DNA from: Barthelona sp. PAP020
Lineage: Eukaryota
NCBI GenBank assembly: GCA_040182905.1
Contig: JARQWU010000003.1
Coordinates: 62,001 to 113,008, forward strand
Reading direction: 5' to 3'
DNA length: 51,008 bases
Part shown: positions 19,132 to 29,518 of the stretch, one piece after another
Position numbering within the stretch: position 1 is the stretch's first letter
Layout: each line of letters opens with the position of its first letter
The notes under the pieces: model-generated
The model's input: only the letters and a program-made list of their open reading frames with translations
Told to the model about the DNA's origin: nothing
The model's database searches: none
Translations under genes and position numbers: made by a program

Positions 19132-21654
19132 ATGGTTTTTTTCACAAAAGAAGAAATGCGTGAGCAAATGAATGATCCTGATCATATTCGTAATATGTCA
19201 GTCATTGCTCATGTCGATCACGGCAAATCTACACTTACTGACTCTCTCGTCGCTCATGCCGGTATTATTAAAGCAGAATCTGCAGGTGACGCTCGTGCCA
19301 CTGATACTCGTGCTGATGAACAAGAACGTTGTATCACCATCAAGTCCACTGGTATTTCTCTTTATTATGAATATGCTTCTCCTATTTTAGAAGATGCTGA
19401 AAAGGTTGGTCATCTTATTAATCTTATTGATTCTCCCGGTCACGTCGATTTCTCTTCTGAAGTTACTGCTGCCCTTCGTGTTACCGATGGTGCTTTGGTT
19501 GTCGTCGATGCCGTTTCTGGTGTCTCCGTCCAAACCGAAACTGTCCTTCGTCAAGCTCTTCAAGAACGTGTCAAACCCGTTTTGATGCTTAACAAACTTG
19601 ATCGTGTTTTCAAGGAACTTCAACTTACCCCTGAAGATGCTTATGAAAGTTTCCGTCGTAACATCGAACACATTAACTCTATGATTTCTATTTATGGTGA
19701 TGATACTCTTGGTGATGTTTCTTGTGACCCTGTTGCTGGTTCCGTTGCTTTTGGTTCTGGTCTTCAAGCTTGGGCTTTTACCCTTAACCGTTTTGCTATT
19801 ATCTATTCCAAGAAATTCGGTTTCCCTCGTGATAAATTCCTTAAGAAATTATGGGGTGACAACTATTGGGATGCTAAGACCAAGAAATGGAGAAAAAAAG
19901 ATGTTTCTGCTGATGGTCGTCCTCTTAAGCGTGCCTTCTGTGAATTCATTATTGAACCTCTTTATCGTGTTTTCAACATGGGTGCTGAAGAAACTCTTGA
20001 TAACCTTTGGGATTGGTGTGACAAGAACGAAATTGAAATGAATCGTGAAGAAAGATCAAGAACCAAAAAGGAAGTTCTTAAGACTGTTTTGCGTAAGTGG
20101 TTACCCGCTGCCGAAGCTTTATTGGATATGATCGTTGAACATCTTCCTTCTCCCAGAGCTGCACAAAAGTATCGTGCTTCTGCCCTTTATACTGGTCCCG
20201 TTGGTGATGAAGCCTACAATGGTATTGTCAACTGTGATCCTAATGGTCCCGTTATGGTTTACGTTTCTAAGATGGTTCCTTCCGCTGATAACTCTCGTTT
20301 CGTTGCTTTCGGTCGTGTCTTCTCCGGTACCATCTATTCTCAACAACGTGTTAGAATCTATGGTTCTAACTACGTTTTTGGAGGAAAGGAAGATTTCTAT
20401 GAAAAGACTGTCACTCGTACTGTTATTATGATGGCTGGTCGCACTGAATCTGTTGAATCTATTCCTTGTGGTAACACTGTTGGTCTTGTTGGTATCGATA
20501 AGTGGCTTTTGAAGGCTGGTACTATCACCAACTTAGAAACTGCCTATCCTATTAGATCTATGAAGTTCTCCGTCGCTCCTGTCGTCAGACAAGCTGTTCG
20601 TCCTAAGAACTCTGCTGATCTTGGCAGATTAGCTGAAGGTCTTCATCGTCTTTCCAAGTCCGACCCTTGTGTTGTCGTTGAAATCGATGATGAAACTGGT
20701 GAATCTATTATTGCTGGTGTCGGTGAATTGCATCTTGAAATCTGTATTAAGGATCTTAGAGACGATTTCGCCAAGGTTCCCATTATTGTTACTGATCCTA
20801 TCGTTTCTTTCCGTGAAACTGTCGTTGGTACTTCTAGTGTTCAATGTCTTGCCAAGTCCGCCAATGGTTTGAACCGTCTTTTCGGTATTGCCAAGCCTTT
20901 GAGCCAAGAACTCACTGAAGCTATTGAAGGAAAGGATATTGTTCCTAATCCTACTGATGTCAATGCTCAAGTTCGTAAGTTAGTTGATGAATATGGTTGG
21001 GAATTGAACCAAGCTCGTTCCATTTGGGCTTATGGTCCTGAAACTCGTGGTCCTAACGTTTTGGTTGATATTTCTACTGGTGTTCAATATCTTAATGAAA
21101 TTAAGGATTCAGTCAAGGGTGGTTTCGAATGGGTCACTGCTCATGGTGTCTTATGTGAAGAACCTTGCCGTGGTGTTGGTTTCTATATTGAAGATGGTGC
21201 TCTTCACGGAGATGCTGTCCATCGTGGTGGTAACCAAATCCTTCCTGCAGCTCGTAACTTGTTCTATGCTTCTCAATTATCTGCTGATCCTACTTTACTT
21301 CATCCTATGTATGTTGTCGATATCACTATTCCTCAAGATGTTCGTCCTGGTGTTTATCAAGTCCTTACTCGTCGTAATGGTCGTATCTATGATGAAGAAC
21401 CTCGTGAAGGTACTTACTTAGTTCAAATCAAGGCTCATCTTGCTGTCCTTGATTCTTTCAGATTTGATGCCGATCTTCGTGCCGCCACATCTGGTAAGGC
21501 TTTCCCTCAAATGTCTTTCTCTCACTGGGAAATTTTAGATGGTGATATTAATGATACCACTACTCGTGTCGGTGATGTTGTTAAGAAAACTCGTGAACGT
21601 AAGGGTATGCCTGGTGAATTGCCACCTCTTAGCAAATATTTGGATAAGTTGTAA
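19132..21654 (+). CDS. EEF2: Eukaryotic translation elongation factor 2
   Basis: IRNMSVIAHVDHGKSTLTDSL, RCITIKSTGISL, LIDSPGHVDFSSEVTAALRVTDGAL, NKLDR, GELHLEIC, DAVHRGG and terminal YLDKL. Strong codon bias (CGT, GGT, CTT) fits high expression. Confidence 0.99.
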   Translation: MVFFTKEEMREQMNDPDHIRNMSVIAHVDHGKSTLTDSLVAHAGIIKAESAGDARATDTRADEQERCITIKSTGISLYYEYASPILEDAEKVGHLINLIDSPGHVDFSSEVTAALRVTDGALVVVDAVSGVSVQTETVLRQALQERVKPVLMLNKLDRVFKELQLTPEDAYESFRRNIEHINSMISIYGDDTLGDVSCDPVAGSVAFGSGLQAWAFTLNRFAIIYSKKFGFPRDKFLKKLWGDNYWDAKTKKWRKKDVSADGRPLKRAFCEFIIEPLYRVFNMGAEETLDNLWDWCDKNEIEMNREERSRTKKEVLKTVLRKWLPAAEALLDMIVEHLPSPRAAQKYRASALYTGPVGDEAYNGIVNCDPNGPVMVYVSKMVPSADNSRFVAFGRVFSGTIYSQQRVRIYGSNYVFGGKEDFYEKTVTRTVIMMAGRTESVESIPCGNTVGLVGIDKWLLKAGTITNLETAYPIRSMKFSVAPVVRQAVRPKNSADLGRLAEGLHRLSKSDPCVVVEIDDETGESIIAGVGELHLEICIKDLRDDFAKVPIIVTDPIVSFRETVVGTSSVQCLAKSANGLNRLFGIAKPLSQELTEAIEGKDIVPNPTDVNAQVRKLVDEYGWELNQARSIWAYGPETRGPNVLVDISTGVQYLNEIKDSVKGGFEWVTAHGVLCEEPCRGVGFYIEDGALHGDAVHRGGNQILPAARNLFYASQLSADPTLLHPMYVVDITIPQDVRPGVYQVLTRRNGRIYDEEPREGTYLVQIKAHLAVLDSFRFDADLRAATSGKAFPQMSFSHWEILDGDINDTTTRVGDVVKKTRERKGMPGELPPLSKYLDKL

Positions 21655-21887
21655 GTTTATCATTTAGTTCAGTAAGCATATAAGTAAAAAAAAACCATTT
21701 ATTTTTTGTTTCTTTTCAATGAATAATTTTGTTTGTTGTGTTTAAGTTTATTTATAAAGGTTTTCTCCTGTTGTAACACTCTTTATTATTGAATATTTCA
21801 GTACGGTCTGTACTTTGAACAATATATATATTGAAAACTGTTCCCAGGAAAAAAATTGAGAAGCTTTAATTTTTTTTTTCTCTATCA

Positions 21888-24059
21888 ATGGATTACGCCA
21901 CTAACATGTTCACCACAGATGTGAACCGTCCTTTGTTAAAAGATACAATGAATGATGCGAAATTTGAGCTTTCTGATTCAACAATTGATATTTCAACAAT
22001 CGCTAAACAATATATTGGTATTCAACATAATTCACCCACAGAATTTTCTTCTGATGGATTATACTTTGCATTTGTGACATCATCTCATTCATTGACCATT
22101 CAAAAGATTATTCCTTCCCAACAAGGGTTTAATTTTGAAACACACGCTTCACTCTTGTGTTTTAAATCACCATTACATTCCGTCAAATTCCATCCAACAA
22201 AACCTTGGATTTTTGCAGCTGGAAATGAAGGAATTGTGGTTTATAATTACATAGAGAAAACCAAATTGTTTGAATGCACTTTAGAATATCCTAAAATGCA
22301 TGATGATATTGTATATTGCCTTACATTTGTGTGTGATGGGGATGTTTTGGTCAGTGGTTCCAAGGATTCCTCTTTAATTTTTTGGCATATTCAAGAAGAT
22401 GGTACTTTTATCCATGTTGAAACCATTCAACGACACAAAGGAGGTATTTTAGTGCTTGAACGTTCTCCTAATGGCTCATTGTTGGCTACTGCTGGTCAAG
22501 ATTCCACAATACGTCTTTGGGATATTTCATCTTTACGTAAAGGTTTGGTTCAAAAATTGCAGGGTGATGAATTATTGAATATTCCTATTATTGCAGCTAT
22601 GGATGGTCATAGAGGGGATGTTGTGTCTTTATGTTGGTGGATGGATGGCCAATTCTTGTTTTCTGGTGCTCGTGATAATCAAGTTAAGATTTGGGATGTG
22701 AATTCCGGTAGAGAAACTAGAAATCTTCCTGCTGGTAAATTTGGTGCTGAAGATCTTGGTCATACAGGAGATGTACGTCGTATTTTGATTTTTAACGCAC
22801 AACATAACATTGTTGTAACTATTGGCACTGATTCTCGTTTAAAAATTTGGCAATTGGGGGCACTCATTTCTCAAACGTCTGAATTTATGACTATGTCCAA
22901 TAAATCTAAGAATTTAACACCTGCTGAGATTGAAGAATTCCTTCTTGGACAAGAGAGTGTTAAAACAGAAGACATTCGGGATGTTGTTTTAAGCTCAAAG
23001 GATTTGAAGGCTGATGAGATTTGGAATGTTTCCTTCAATCCTAAGTTTCCTTTAATGATCTATTCAACTTCTTTAAGAGTGTTAAGAATTCACGCTATCC
23101 CAGGCAATCCTGTCAAGGAACAATGGCCTATCATGGCTGAATTCGCGGGTCATAAGGATCACGTTACTTGTCTTGATACATTATTCGATGATAAATGGTT
23201 GTTATCTGGCAGTGAAGACTATGAAATTTTCATTTATGATTCAGCCACAACAATTCGTAGACAACATTTGTCTCTACCTGGTTCTGTTTCATGCATGTCA
23301 TGTGATCAAACAAGACAAAGAGTTTACGTTGGGTGCAGTGATTATAACATTCATATTTTTGGTCAAGAACATCAAAAAGGAATGTATTCTAACCCTGTTA
23401 GCATATTGAAGGGACATTCTGGCAGGATAAACGCTATTTCTGTCAATCCCCAATTTCCTTTCCTCGTTTCTGGTAGTTCTGACTTCACTGTGCGTCTTTG
23501 GTCCACTGACAAGAATGATAAGGAGCCTTTATTATACAGAGACCATACTGGAATTGTTAAATGTGTTAAATGGTCAACCGATGGAAGATACTTGGTTACT
23601 GGTGGTACCGACCATATGATATGTGTTTATTGTGTTGAAAATATGAGCTTAAAGTTGATTCATAAACTTCAAAATGCTCATTCCTCAAATATCACTGCTT
23701 TAGCATTCGCTTCCTCTCTTGATGATCTTTTGATCATTTCAGGATCAACAAGTTCTGAAATTAAAGTTTGGAAATTATCTGAATTGGAAAACCCCAATCC
23801 TGTCATTATAAATGCCCATCATAATTCTATCACCGATATCAAGGTTGCTGAAACTGCTGGACAATTTCTTTCTGCTTCTGTTGACGGATTTGTTCTTGCT
23901 CATTCAATTCATCATCCTCACAATGTATTGGGAGGTTACTCTTCTGAAAAGTCCCCTGTTGTTGCAATTTCTGTTGTTGGAGATTCTAAATTTGCTATGT
24001 CTACAACAGATGGGCAAATTTCTGTTTGGTGTTTGAAAAATGTCCAAAGTTTTGAATGA
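21888..24059 (+). CDS. WD40-repeat protein (probably a double beta-propeller)
   Basis: Many GH...WD/WS repeats, e.g. GHRGDVVSLCW..LFSGARDNQVKIWD and GHSGRINAISV..LVSGSSDFTVRLWS, across 723 aa. Confidence 0.9.
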   Translation: MDYATNMFTTDVNRPLLKDTMNDAKFELSDSTIDISTIAKQYIGIQHNSPTEFSSDGLYFAFVTSSHSLTIQKIIPSQQGFNFETHASLLCFKSPLHSVKFHPTKPWIFAAGNEGIVVYNYIEKTKLFECTLEYPKMHDDIVYCLTFVCDGDVLVSGSKDSSLIFWHIQEDGTFIHVETIQRHKGGILVLERSPNGSLLATAGQDSTIRLWDISSLRKGLVQKLQGDELLNIPIIAAMDGHRGDVVSLCWWMDGQFLFSGARDNQVKIWDVNSGRETRNLPAGKFGAEDLGHTGDVRRILIFNAQHNIVVTIGTDSRLKIWQLGALISQTSEFMTMSNKSKNLTPAEIEEFLLGQESVKTEDIRDVVLSSKDLKADEIWNVSFNPKFPLMIYSTSLRVLRIHAIPGNPVKEQWPIMAEFAGHKDHVTCLDTLFDDKWLLSGSEDYEIFIYDSATTIRRQHLSLPGSVSCMSCDQTRQRVYVGCSDYNIHIFGQEHQKGMYSNPVSILKGHSGRINAISVNPQFPFLVSGSSDFTVRLWSTDKNDKEPLLYRDHTGIVKCVKWSTDGRYLVTGGTDHMICVYCVENMSLKLIHKLQNAHSSNITALAFASSLDDLLIISGSTSSEIKVWKLSELENPNPVIINAHHNSITDIKVAETAGQFLSASVDGFVLAHSIHHPHNVLGGYSSEKSPVVAISVVGDSKFAMSTTDGQISVWCLKNVQSFE

Positions 24060-24423
24060 TGATGCTAACACCTTAAAATTTGGAACTTCCGTGACAATTT
24101 TTTGAATTTTCCATCATTTTTAGTTGTATTTATTAAATGTTGAGTTTGTGTAAATAAATATCTTTTGTGTATTTTTTTTGGTTTGAACAGTCTTATATAA
24201 ATTAAAAAAGATCCAATTGAAAAATTATAAACTCAACAAAAATATTGTGAACAAACAAAAAAATAAAACAATAATTGCAAAAAAGTGCCAAATTATCATT
24301 ATTTTTGTTTGTTTTTTCAATTTATTGTGCTTTTGTCAAAAGAAAATTCTCTTCATATCAGAATATTCATCAAAATACAAACCTTCGCAAATTTATAAAC
24401 ACAGATATTTGACTTGTTTTCTA

Positions 24424-25017
24424 ATGACCTTCACCAAATGTATTACAATAGGAAACGTTGGAACAGGAAAAACTTCTTTGATTACAAAATTTTGTGAAGG
24501 AACTTATCCACCAACTCAAACAATTGGTAAACCTTTTTATCAAATAACATTCCACGATGAAGGGGTATCAAAAGTAGTGGAATTTTGGGACACATTGGGT
24601 CATGAAAACTACAGTTTTGATTTGCCAGATTTCTTTTTCAAAGATGCTCAGATTGCCCTTGTTTGTTTCACTTTGGTTGATAAAGAAGCATTTGAAGATG
24701 CTTTTAAATGGGCCACATTGTGTCTAAAGCGTTTCAAAACGAATCCACCCATATTATTATTCATAGGCACTTGTTTGGATGAAATACTGGATGGAAAAAA
24801 AAAAAGAGAGATTGCCAGAAGAGAAATTTTGGAAAAGATACAACATTTTGCAAATAGAAATGGAGTTTTATGCGAATTTGGAGGAGAATTAAGTTCATCA
24901 AGACAACTGGGATTTGACAATTTGAAAAGTTCTTTAAAACAATGCCTAAAAGTTATCGAATCACAATTCAGTCATGTAGAAATTGTTGAAGAGGATGCCA
25001 AATGTAAAATTATGTGA
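24424..25017 (+). CDS. Divergent Ras-superfamily (Rab-like) small GTPase with CAAX tail
   Basis: From ATG 24424: G1 GNVGTGKTS, TIG, G3 WDTLGHE, FFKDAQIAL, G4-equivalent GTCLD and C-terminal CKIM. Confidence 0.85.
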   Translation: MTFTKCITIGNVGTGKTSLITKFCEGTYPPTQTIGKPFYQITFHDEGVSKVVEFWDTLGHENYSFDLPDFFFKDAQIALVCFTLVDKEAFEDAFKWATLCLKRFKTNPPILLFIGTCLDEILDGKKKREIARREILEKIQHFANRNGVLCEFGGELSSSRQLGFDNLKSSLKQCLKVIESQFSHVEIVEEDAKCKIM

Positions 25018-25077
25018 AATTAACTGAAAAATCAGAAATGAAAAAAATGCCTGCTTCAACTGTAAAAGTGAGAAAAG

Positions 25078-27081
25078 ATGAATTCCATCTTCTCATTGGA
25101 AACTCCATGTAATGACAATGTATTTGAACAACTCATTGAAACTAAAACCCTTGAAAGCATTCATTTTCGGTTGTTAGAAGAAATAGTCATAGAATCGAAG
25201 ATAACTGTTGATGAATTGAAAGAATTGATTGTTTCCATCAATGGAAAATTCTGCAAAGATTTATCAATCACTTTAATGCAACAGATTATTGCAAAAACAA
25301 CTGAAGTTGATTGTGAACTTCAGTTATTGTATATGGAATTATTTTCATGTCTATTATCAATTATTACCAAACGAGAACGTTTAAACATTAATTATAATAC
25401 TGACCTTAAAAACAAAGTATTGAACATGTTGAAATACAATTTTTTTGAACCTTGTCAAAGATGTTGTATTGAAATTTTATTATTATTTAATGAAAAGCAA
25501 TATATTATAGATGAATTAAAGTTACAAAAATTGAATTCTAAAGGGTTGAGTTCAATTGAAGAAATTTTGTTTTCTTATCGACATGTATTATTAAAAAGTA
25601 AAGATACAATGATTTTTGATAAAGAATGTTTATTTTGCGAGATAAATGGAAAAGAATTATCAAATTTTAACAACTATTTATTCATAACTAACAAACAATT
25701 GAATTTTTGGATTGAAAAAGAAGTTAAAATTGGTCTAATAAACATTATTTATGATCAACTTTTATTTTTAGAATATTCACATGACGTTGATTTGTGGACA
25801 TTTAGACTACCCAATCCCAACGTAAAATTGTTTGAAGGTGCATTAATGACTATCAAATTACGTTTTCCATCTAAATTTGACTTTAGATTATTGGTTCAAA
25901 GTTTCATTTCTATTCCATCAACAGTTTCAAATGATAACAGAAGAGTTAGTGTGGCTAGATTAGGCGCTGTTACAAATATTGATAAAATTAATCAAAAACG
26001 TAACAGAATAGATGAGGTTGAGGAGGAATTAAGTATTATGGAATCAGAATCTCATTCTCAAGCCGAAACTGAAGCTAAAAAAGATAGTGAAGAGAATGAT
26101 ATAGCAAATGAATCCAATCCTATGAGTTCTCAAAGTCAGAGTCAAGAAGAAGAAGAAGAAGAAGAAGAAGAGAAACAAACAAAAGAAAGAATAACAGAGG
26201 AGACAGGTAAAGAAGAATTGGAAAGAACACCAAAAAGTAGTGTTAAAACAAAACTGAATTTCACAACCAGTTCTTCAAAGAAAAATACGCCAAAATTGAG
26301 AAATAGTCCGAAAACTATGGTTAATAATCCGAAAAAGAGTCAAACAAACACCAAAATTGACCTTGATAAACCTTCAAAAGAGATCACATCAAAATCAGTT
26401 CCTGAAGCCATTTCTGTTACTCCCAAAAAAGTGTCAAAAAACAGAACCAAACTGGGGGAAAAATCAAAAAAACAGTCCCCACTCAACTCTCTTAATCACA
26501 GTGATAAGAGAAAGAGTCCCCAAATTGCAATAGACAAACAAACAGAACCAAAAAGAGAGCCAAACGAAGATGTCAATGAAAGTGACAGTGAGTTAGATAG
26601 TGAGACCGATTTGGAATCTGACGTAGAATCTCAAGACTTAATGCAGAACGTTATGAGTACCATGATTGTAGAGTACAAAAAACAAGTCGAAATAATGGAA
26701 TCTAAATTGAACAAGAACATAGAAAAGCTGAAAAAAGAGTTCAGCAGTTCTGAAAATGAATTTCGAAAAGAATGCGCTCTTTCTATTGAGACCTTCAAGG
26801 CTTCTCAAGGGAAGAGTTACCAGAGTAATTTAAAATCAATTGAAAAGCTTGAAAAAAATGTTGATGACCTCAAAAGTAGTTGTGAAAAGTTAAAGAAAGA
26901 TTTAAAAGACCATCAAACTGTTGAATTAAAGAAGTATGAAGCAAAGATATCGCAATTAGAAAATGACAAAAGTGTGGTTTCTGATGAATTCAATAAAAAA
27001 TTGAAAAAACTTGTCAATAAACAACACAAATTTGAAAAAAATCATTCTAAAATGCTGAAATTGACTTCTTTGTTCTCTTGA
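25078..27081 (+). CDS. Hypothetical protein: helical + PH-like N-terminus, disordered S/T-P-rich middle, C-terminal coiled coil (SYCP2/Red1-like candidate)
   Basis: 667-aa ORF. The domain layout is visible from composition. Family assignment is inference only. Confidence 0.55.
   Translation: MNSIFSLETPCNDNVFEQLIETKTLESIHFRLLEEIVIESKITVDELKELIVSINGKFCKDLSITLMQQIIAKTTEVDCELQLLYMELFSCLLSIITKRERLNINYNTDLKNKVLNMLKYNFFEPCQRCCIEILLLFNEKQYIIDELKLQKLNSKGLSSIEEILFSYRHVLLKSKDTMIFDKECLFCEINGKELSNFNNYLFITNKQLNFWIEKEVKIGLINIIYDQLLFLEYSHDVDLWTFRLPNPNVKLFEGALMTIKLRFPSKFDFRLLVQSFISIPSTVSNDNRRVSVARLGAVTNIDKINQKRNRIDEVEEELSIMESESHSQAETEAKKDSEENDIANESNPMSSQSQSQEEEEEEEEEKQTKERITEETGKEELERTPKSSVKTKLNFTTSSSKKNTPKLRNSPKTMVNNPKKSQTNTKIDLDKPSKEITSKSVPEAISVTPKKVSKNRTKLGEKSKKQSPLNSLNHSDKRKSPQIAIDKQTEPKREPNEDVNESDSELDSETDLESDVESQDLMQNVMSTMIVEYKKQVEIMESKLNKNIEKLKKEFSSSENEFRKECALSIETFKASQGKSYQSNLKSIEKLEKNVDDLKSSCEKLKKDLKDHQTVELKKYEAKISQLENDKSVVSDEFNKKLKKLVNKQHKFEKNHSKMLKLTSLFS
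26145..26172 (+). repeat. (GAA)n tract encoding poly-Glu
   Basis: gaagaagaagaagaagaagaagaagag encodes EEEEEEEEE. Confidence 0.85.
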
Positions 27082-27435
27082 AGGTCATTTTTATTGTTGC
27101 AGTAAATTCTTAACTATTTTTTTTGTTTATTAAAAAGATATTTAAAAGTTTAATTTCCATTTTTATGACAGAAATCATTTTGTTTATGAAGTCCAGAATT
27201 AAAAAATAAAAAGATTCTTCAAAAAAAAAATATTGATGTGTTTTTCAATGAAGGTATTCAAAAAATGTTGAATATCATTTCAACTTTTAAAAATGTTTTC
27301 TAATAAAATTTATTCTATTTCAATAAGTGTCAGACAAAAATAAATGAAGATTGATTGAATATTGACAAAATTACAAAATAAATTTTTGTTATTTTTTTAC
27401 CTCGATCTAAAACTTCCTTTTTTTTTATTTACAAG

Positions 27436-29385
27436 ATGAAATTATTCATTTTTTCAATACTATTATTATTAGGAATAGTATTTTCGGCCAATGAAGACAG
27501 ACCTGAGTGGCCTGTTATTGGTATTGATTTAGGTACAACATATTCTTGTGTTGGTGTTTATACCAAACAAGGTATGGTTGAAATAATTGCCAATGATCAG
27601 GGTTCACGAATCACACCATCTTATGTCGCCTTTTCTGAAGGTGAAAGATTGGTTGGTGAAGCAGCCAAATTTCAGGCTTCTTCAAATCCTACAAACACAT
27701 TTTATGACATTAAACGTATTATTGGTTTAGCATATGACAATCCTGTTGCTCAATCTGAATTCAAGAGATTTTCTTACAAGGTTAAGAACAAAAACAACAG
27801 ACCTTTTGTTATTCAAGAGAAAAGAGAACTGGCTCCTGAAGAAATTTCAGCCATGGTTTTATCAAAAATGAAATCTATTGCTGAAGAATATTTGGGTCAA
27901 GATGTTAAGAATGCAGTTGTTACTGTACCTGCCTATTTCAATGATGCTCAACGTCAAGCAACTAAGGATGCAGGTGCAATCGCTGGTTTAAATGTTGTAC
28001 GTATATTGAATGAACCAACCGCTGCAGCACTTGCCTATGGGTTAAATAAGAAGTCAAACGATAAAGATGAAATCAATATTCTTGTATATGACCTTGGTGG
28101 AGGTACTTTTGATGTTTCTTTATTGGCTATTGATACAGATGGTGTTTTTGAAGTTTTAGCAACTGCTGGTGATACTCATTTAGGTGGTGAAGACTTTGAT
28201 CAAAGAGTTGTTGAATATTTTGTTCGTAGATTCCAAAAGAAACATAACATTGATCTTCGTAAGGACAATAGAGCTATGCATTTATTAAAGCGTGAAGCTG
28301 AAATGGTCAAGAGAGCTCTTTCAACTAAATTCCAAGAACGTGTTGAAATCGAAAATATATATGAAGGAATCGACTTTTCTGAATCTTTAACACGTACCAA
28401 ATTTGAAGAATTAAACAAAGATTTGTTTAAGAAGACTATTGCCCCTGTAAAACGTGTTTTAGAGGATGCTGGTTTGGATATTGATGAAGTTGATGAAATT
28501 GTTTTAGTAGGTGGTTCTACTCGTATTCCTAAGGTACAAGAACTGATCAAAGAGTATTTTGAAGGTAAAGAACCAACAAATTCTATCAATCCTGATGAAG
28601 CTGTTGCTTACGGAGCTGCAGTTCAAGGAGCCATTCTTTCTGGTTATGGTTTTGACAACATTGTTTTATTGGATGTTACTCCATTGACTTTAGGTATTGA
28701 AACAGCTGGTGGTGTTATGACAAAACTGATCACTCGTGGATCTGTTGTTCCAACCAAGAAATCTCAAGTTTTCTCCACATATGCAGATCAACAAACATCA
28801 GTTTTGATTCAAGTATTTGAAGGTGAACGTGCCATGACAAAGGATAACCATTTGTTGGGTAAGTTTGAACTCACTGGAATTCCTGCAGCACCTCGTGGTG
28901 TCCCACAAATTGAAGTTGCTTTTGAAGTTGACAAGAATGGTATTTTACACGTTAAAGCTACTGATAAAGGTACTGGTAATTCTAATGATATCGTTATTAC
29001 AAATGACCAAGGTCGTCTTTCAAAGGAAGAAATTGAACGTATGATTGAAGAGGAAGAACTTTATAAAGAGGAAGATGAAAAGCTTCGTCAACAAGTTGAA
29101 TCCAAGAACGGTTTAGAAACATATGTTTACAATATGAGAAACCAATTAGATGATGAAGAGGGACTTGGTTCTAAGATTGATGCTTCTGAGAAGGAAAAAC
29201 TTTCAGAAACCATTAATGACGCCATTGATTGGTTGAATGAACATTTGAATGAAGACAAGGATATGTATGATGATAAGAAGAAAGAACTTGAAGGAATATT
29301 CAATCCTATTATCACTAAGATTTATGGTTCTCAAGAGATGCCTCAACAAGATCAAGGTTCTTATGAAGGTTATGACGAATTATAA
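27436..29385 (+). CDS. BiP: ER Hsp70 chaperone BiP/GRP78
   Basis: Signal peptide, [54 protein letters not shown] and C-terminal xDEL (YDEL). Confidence 0.98.
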   Translation: MKLFIFSILLLLGIVFSANEDRPEWPVIGIDLGTTYSCVGVYTKQGMVEIIANDQGSRITPSYVAFSEGERLVGEAAKFQASSNPTNTFYDIKRIIGLAYDNPVAQSEFKRFSYKVKNKNNRPFVIQEKRELAPEEISAMVLSKMKSIAEEYLGQDVKNAVVTVPAYFNDAQRQATKDAGAIAGLNVVRILNEPTAAALAYGLNKKSNDKDEINILVYDLGGGTFDVSLLAIDTDGVFEVLATAGDTHLGGEDFDQRVVEYFVRRFQKKHNIDLRKDNRAMHLLKREAEMVKRALSTKFQERVEIENIYEGIDFSESLTRTKFEELNKDLFKKTIAPVKRVLEDAGLDIDEVDEIVLVGGSTRIPKVQELIKEYFEGKEPTNSINPDEAVAYGAAVQGAILSGYGFDNIVLLDVTPLTLGIETAGGVMTKLITRGSVVPTKKSQVFSTYADQQTSVLIQVFEGERAMTKDNHLLGKFELTGIPAAPRGVPQIEVAFEVDKNGILHVKATDKGTGNSNDIVITNDQGRLSKEEIERMIEEEELYKEEDEKLRQQVESKNGLETYVYNMRNQLDDEEGLGSKIDASEKEKLSETINDAIDWLNEHLNEDKDMYDDKKKELEGIFNPIITKIYGSQEMPQQDQGSYEGYDEL

Positions 29386-29518
29386 TAATAAATCTGTTGT
29401 TTTATTTTTATTGCTTTGCTAATGTTGTTTTTTGGCCATTTCATTTGGGAAATACAGTAACAGTAAAATTATGAATGAAAAGAAGAAATTGTATACATGA
29501 TTTATGTGAGGAATACAG

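Noticed and set aside
19172..21421. Leu/Val-rich alternative-frame ORFs within eEF2
   Set aside because: By-product of strong T-ending codon bias in eEF2.
21655..21720. AGTAAA as a Giardia-type polyadenylation signal
   Set aside because: Present after a few genes but not consistently, and expected by chance in AT-rich DNA.
24217..24423. N-terminal extension of the small GTPase in the ORF track
   Set aside because: TTG start and intergenic-like composition; the GTPase fold begins at ATG 24424.
25038..25112. Upstream ATG frame MKKMPAST with a 16-nt GT..AG (25062-25077) that would splice in frame to ORF 25078
   Set aside because: Easily arises by chance. No other tiny intron is required in the window and the ORF has its own ATG.
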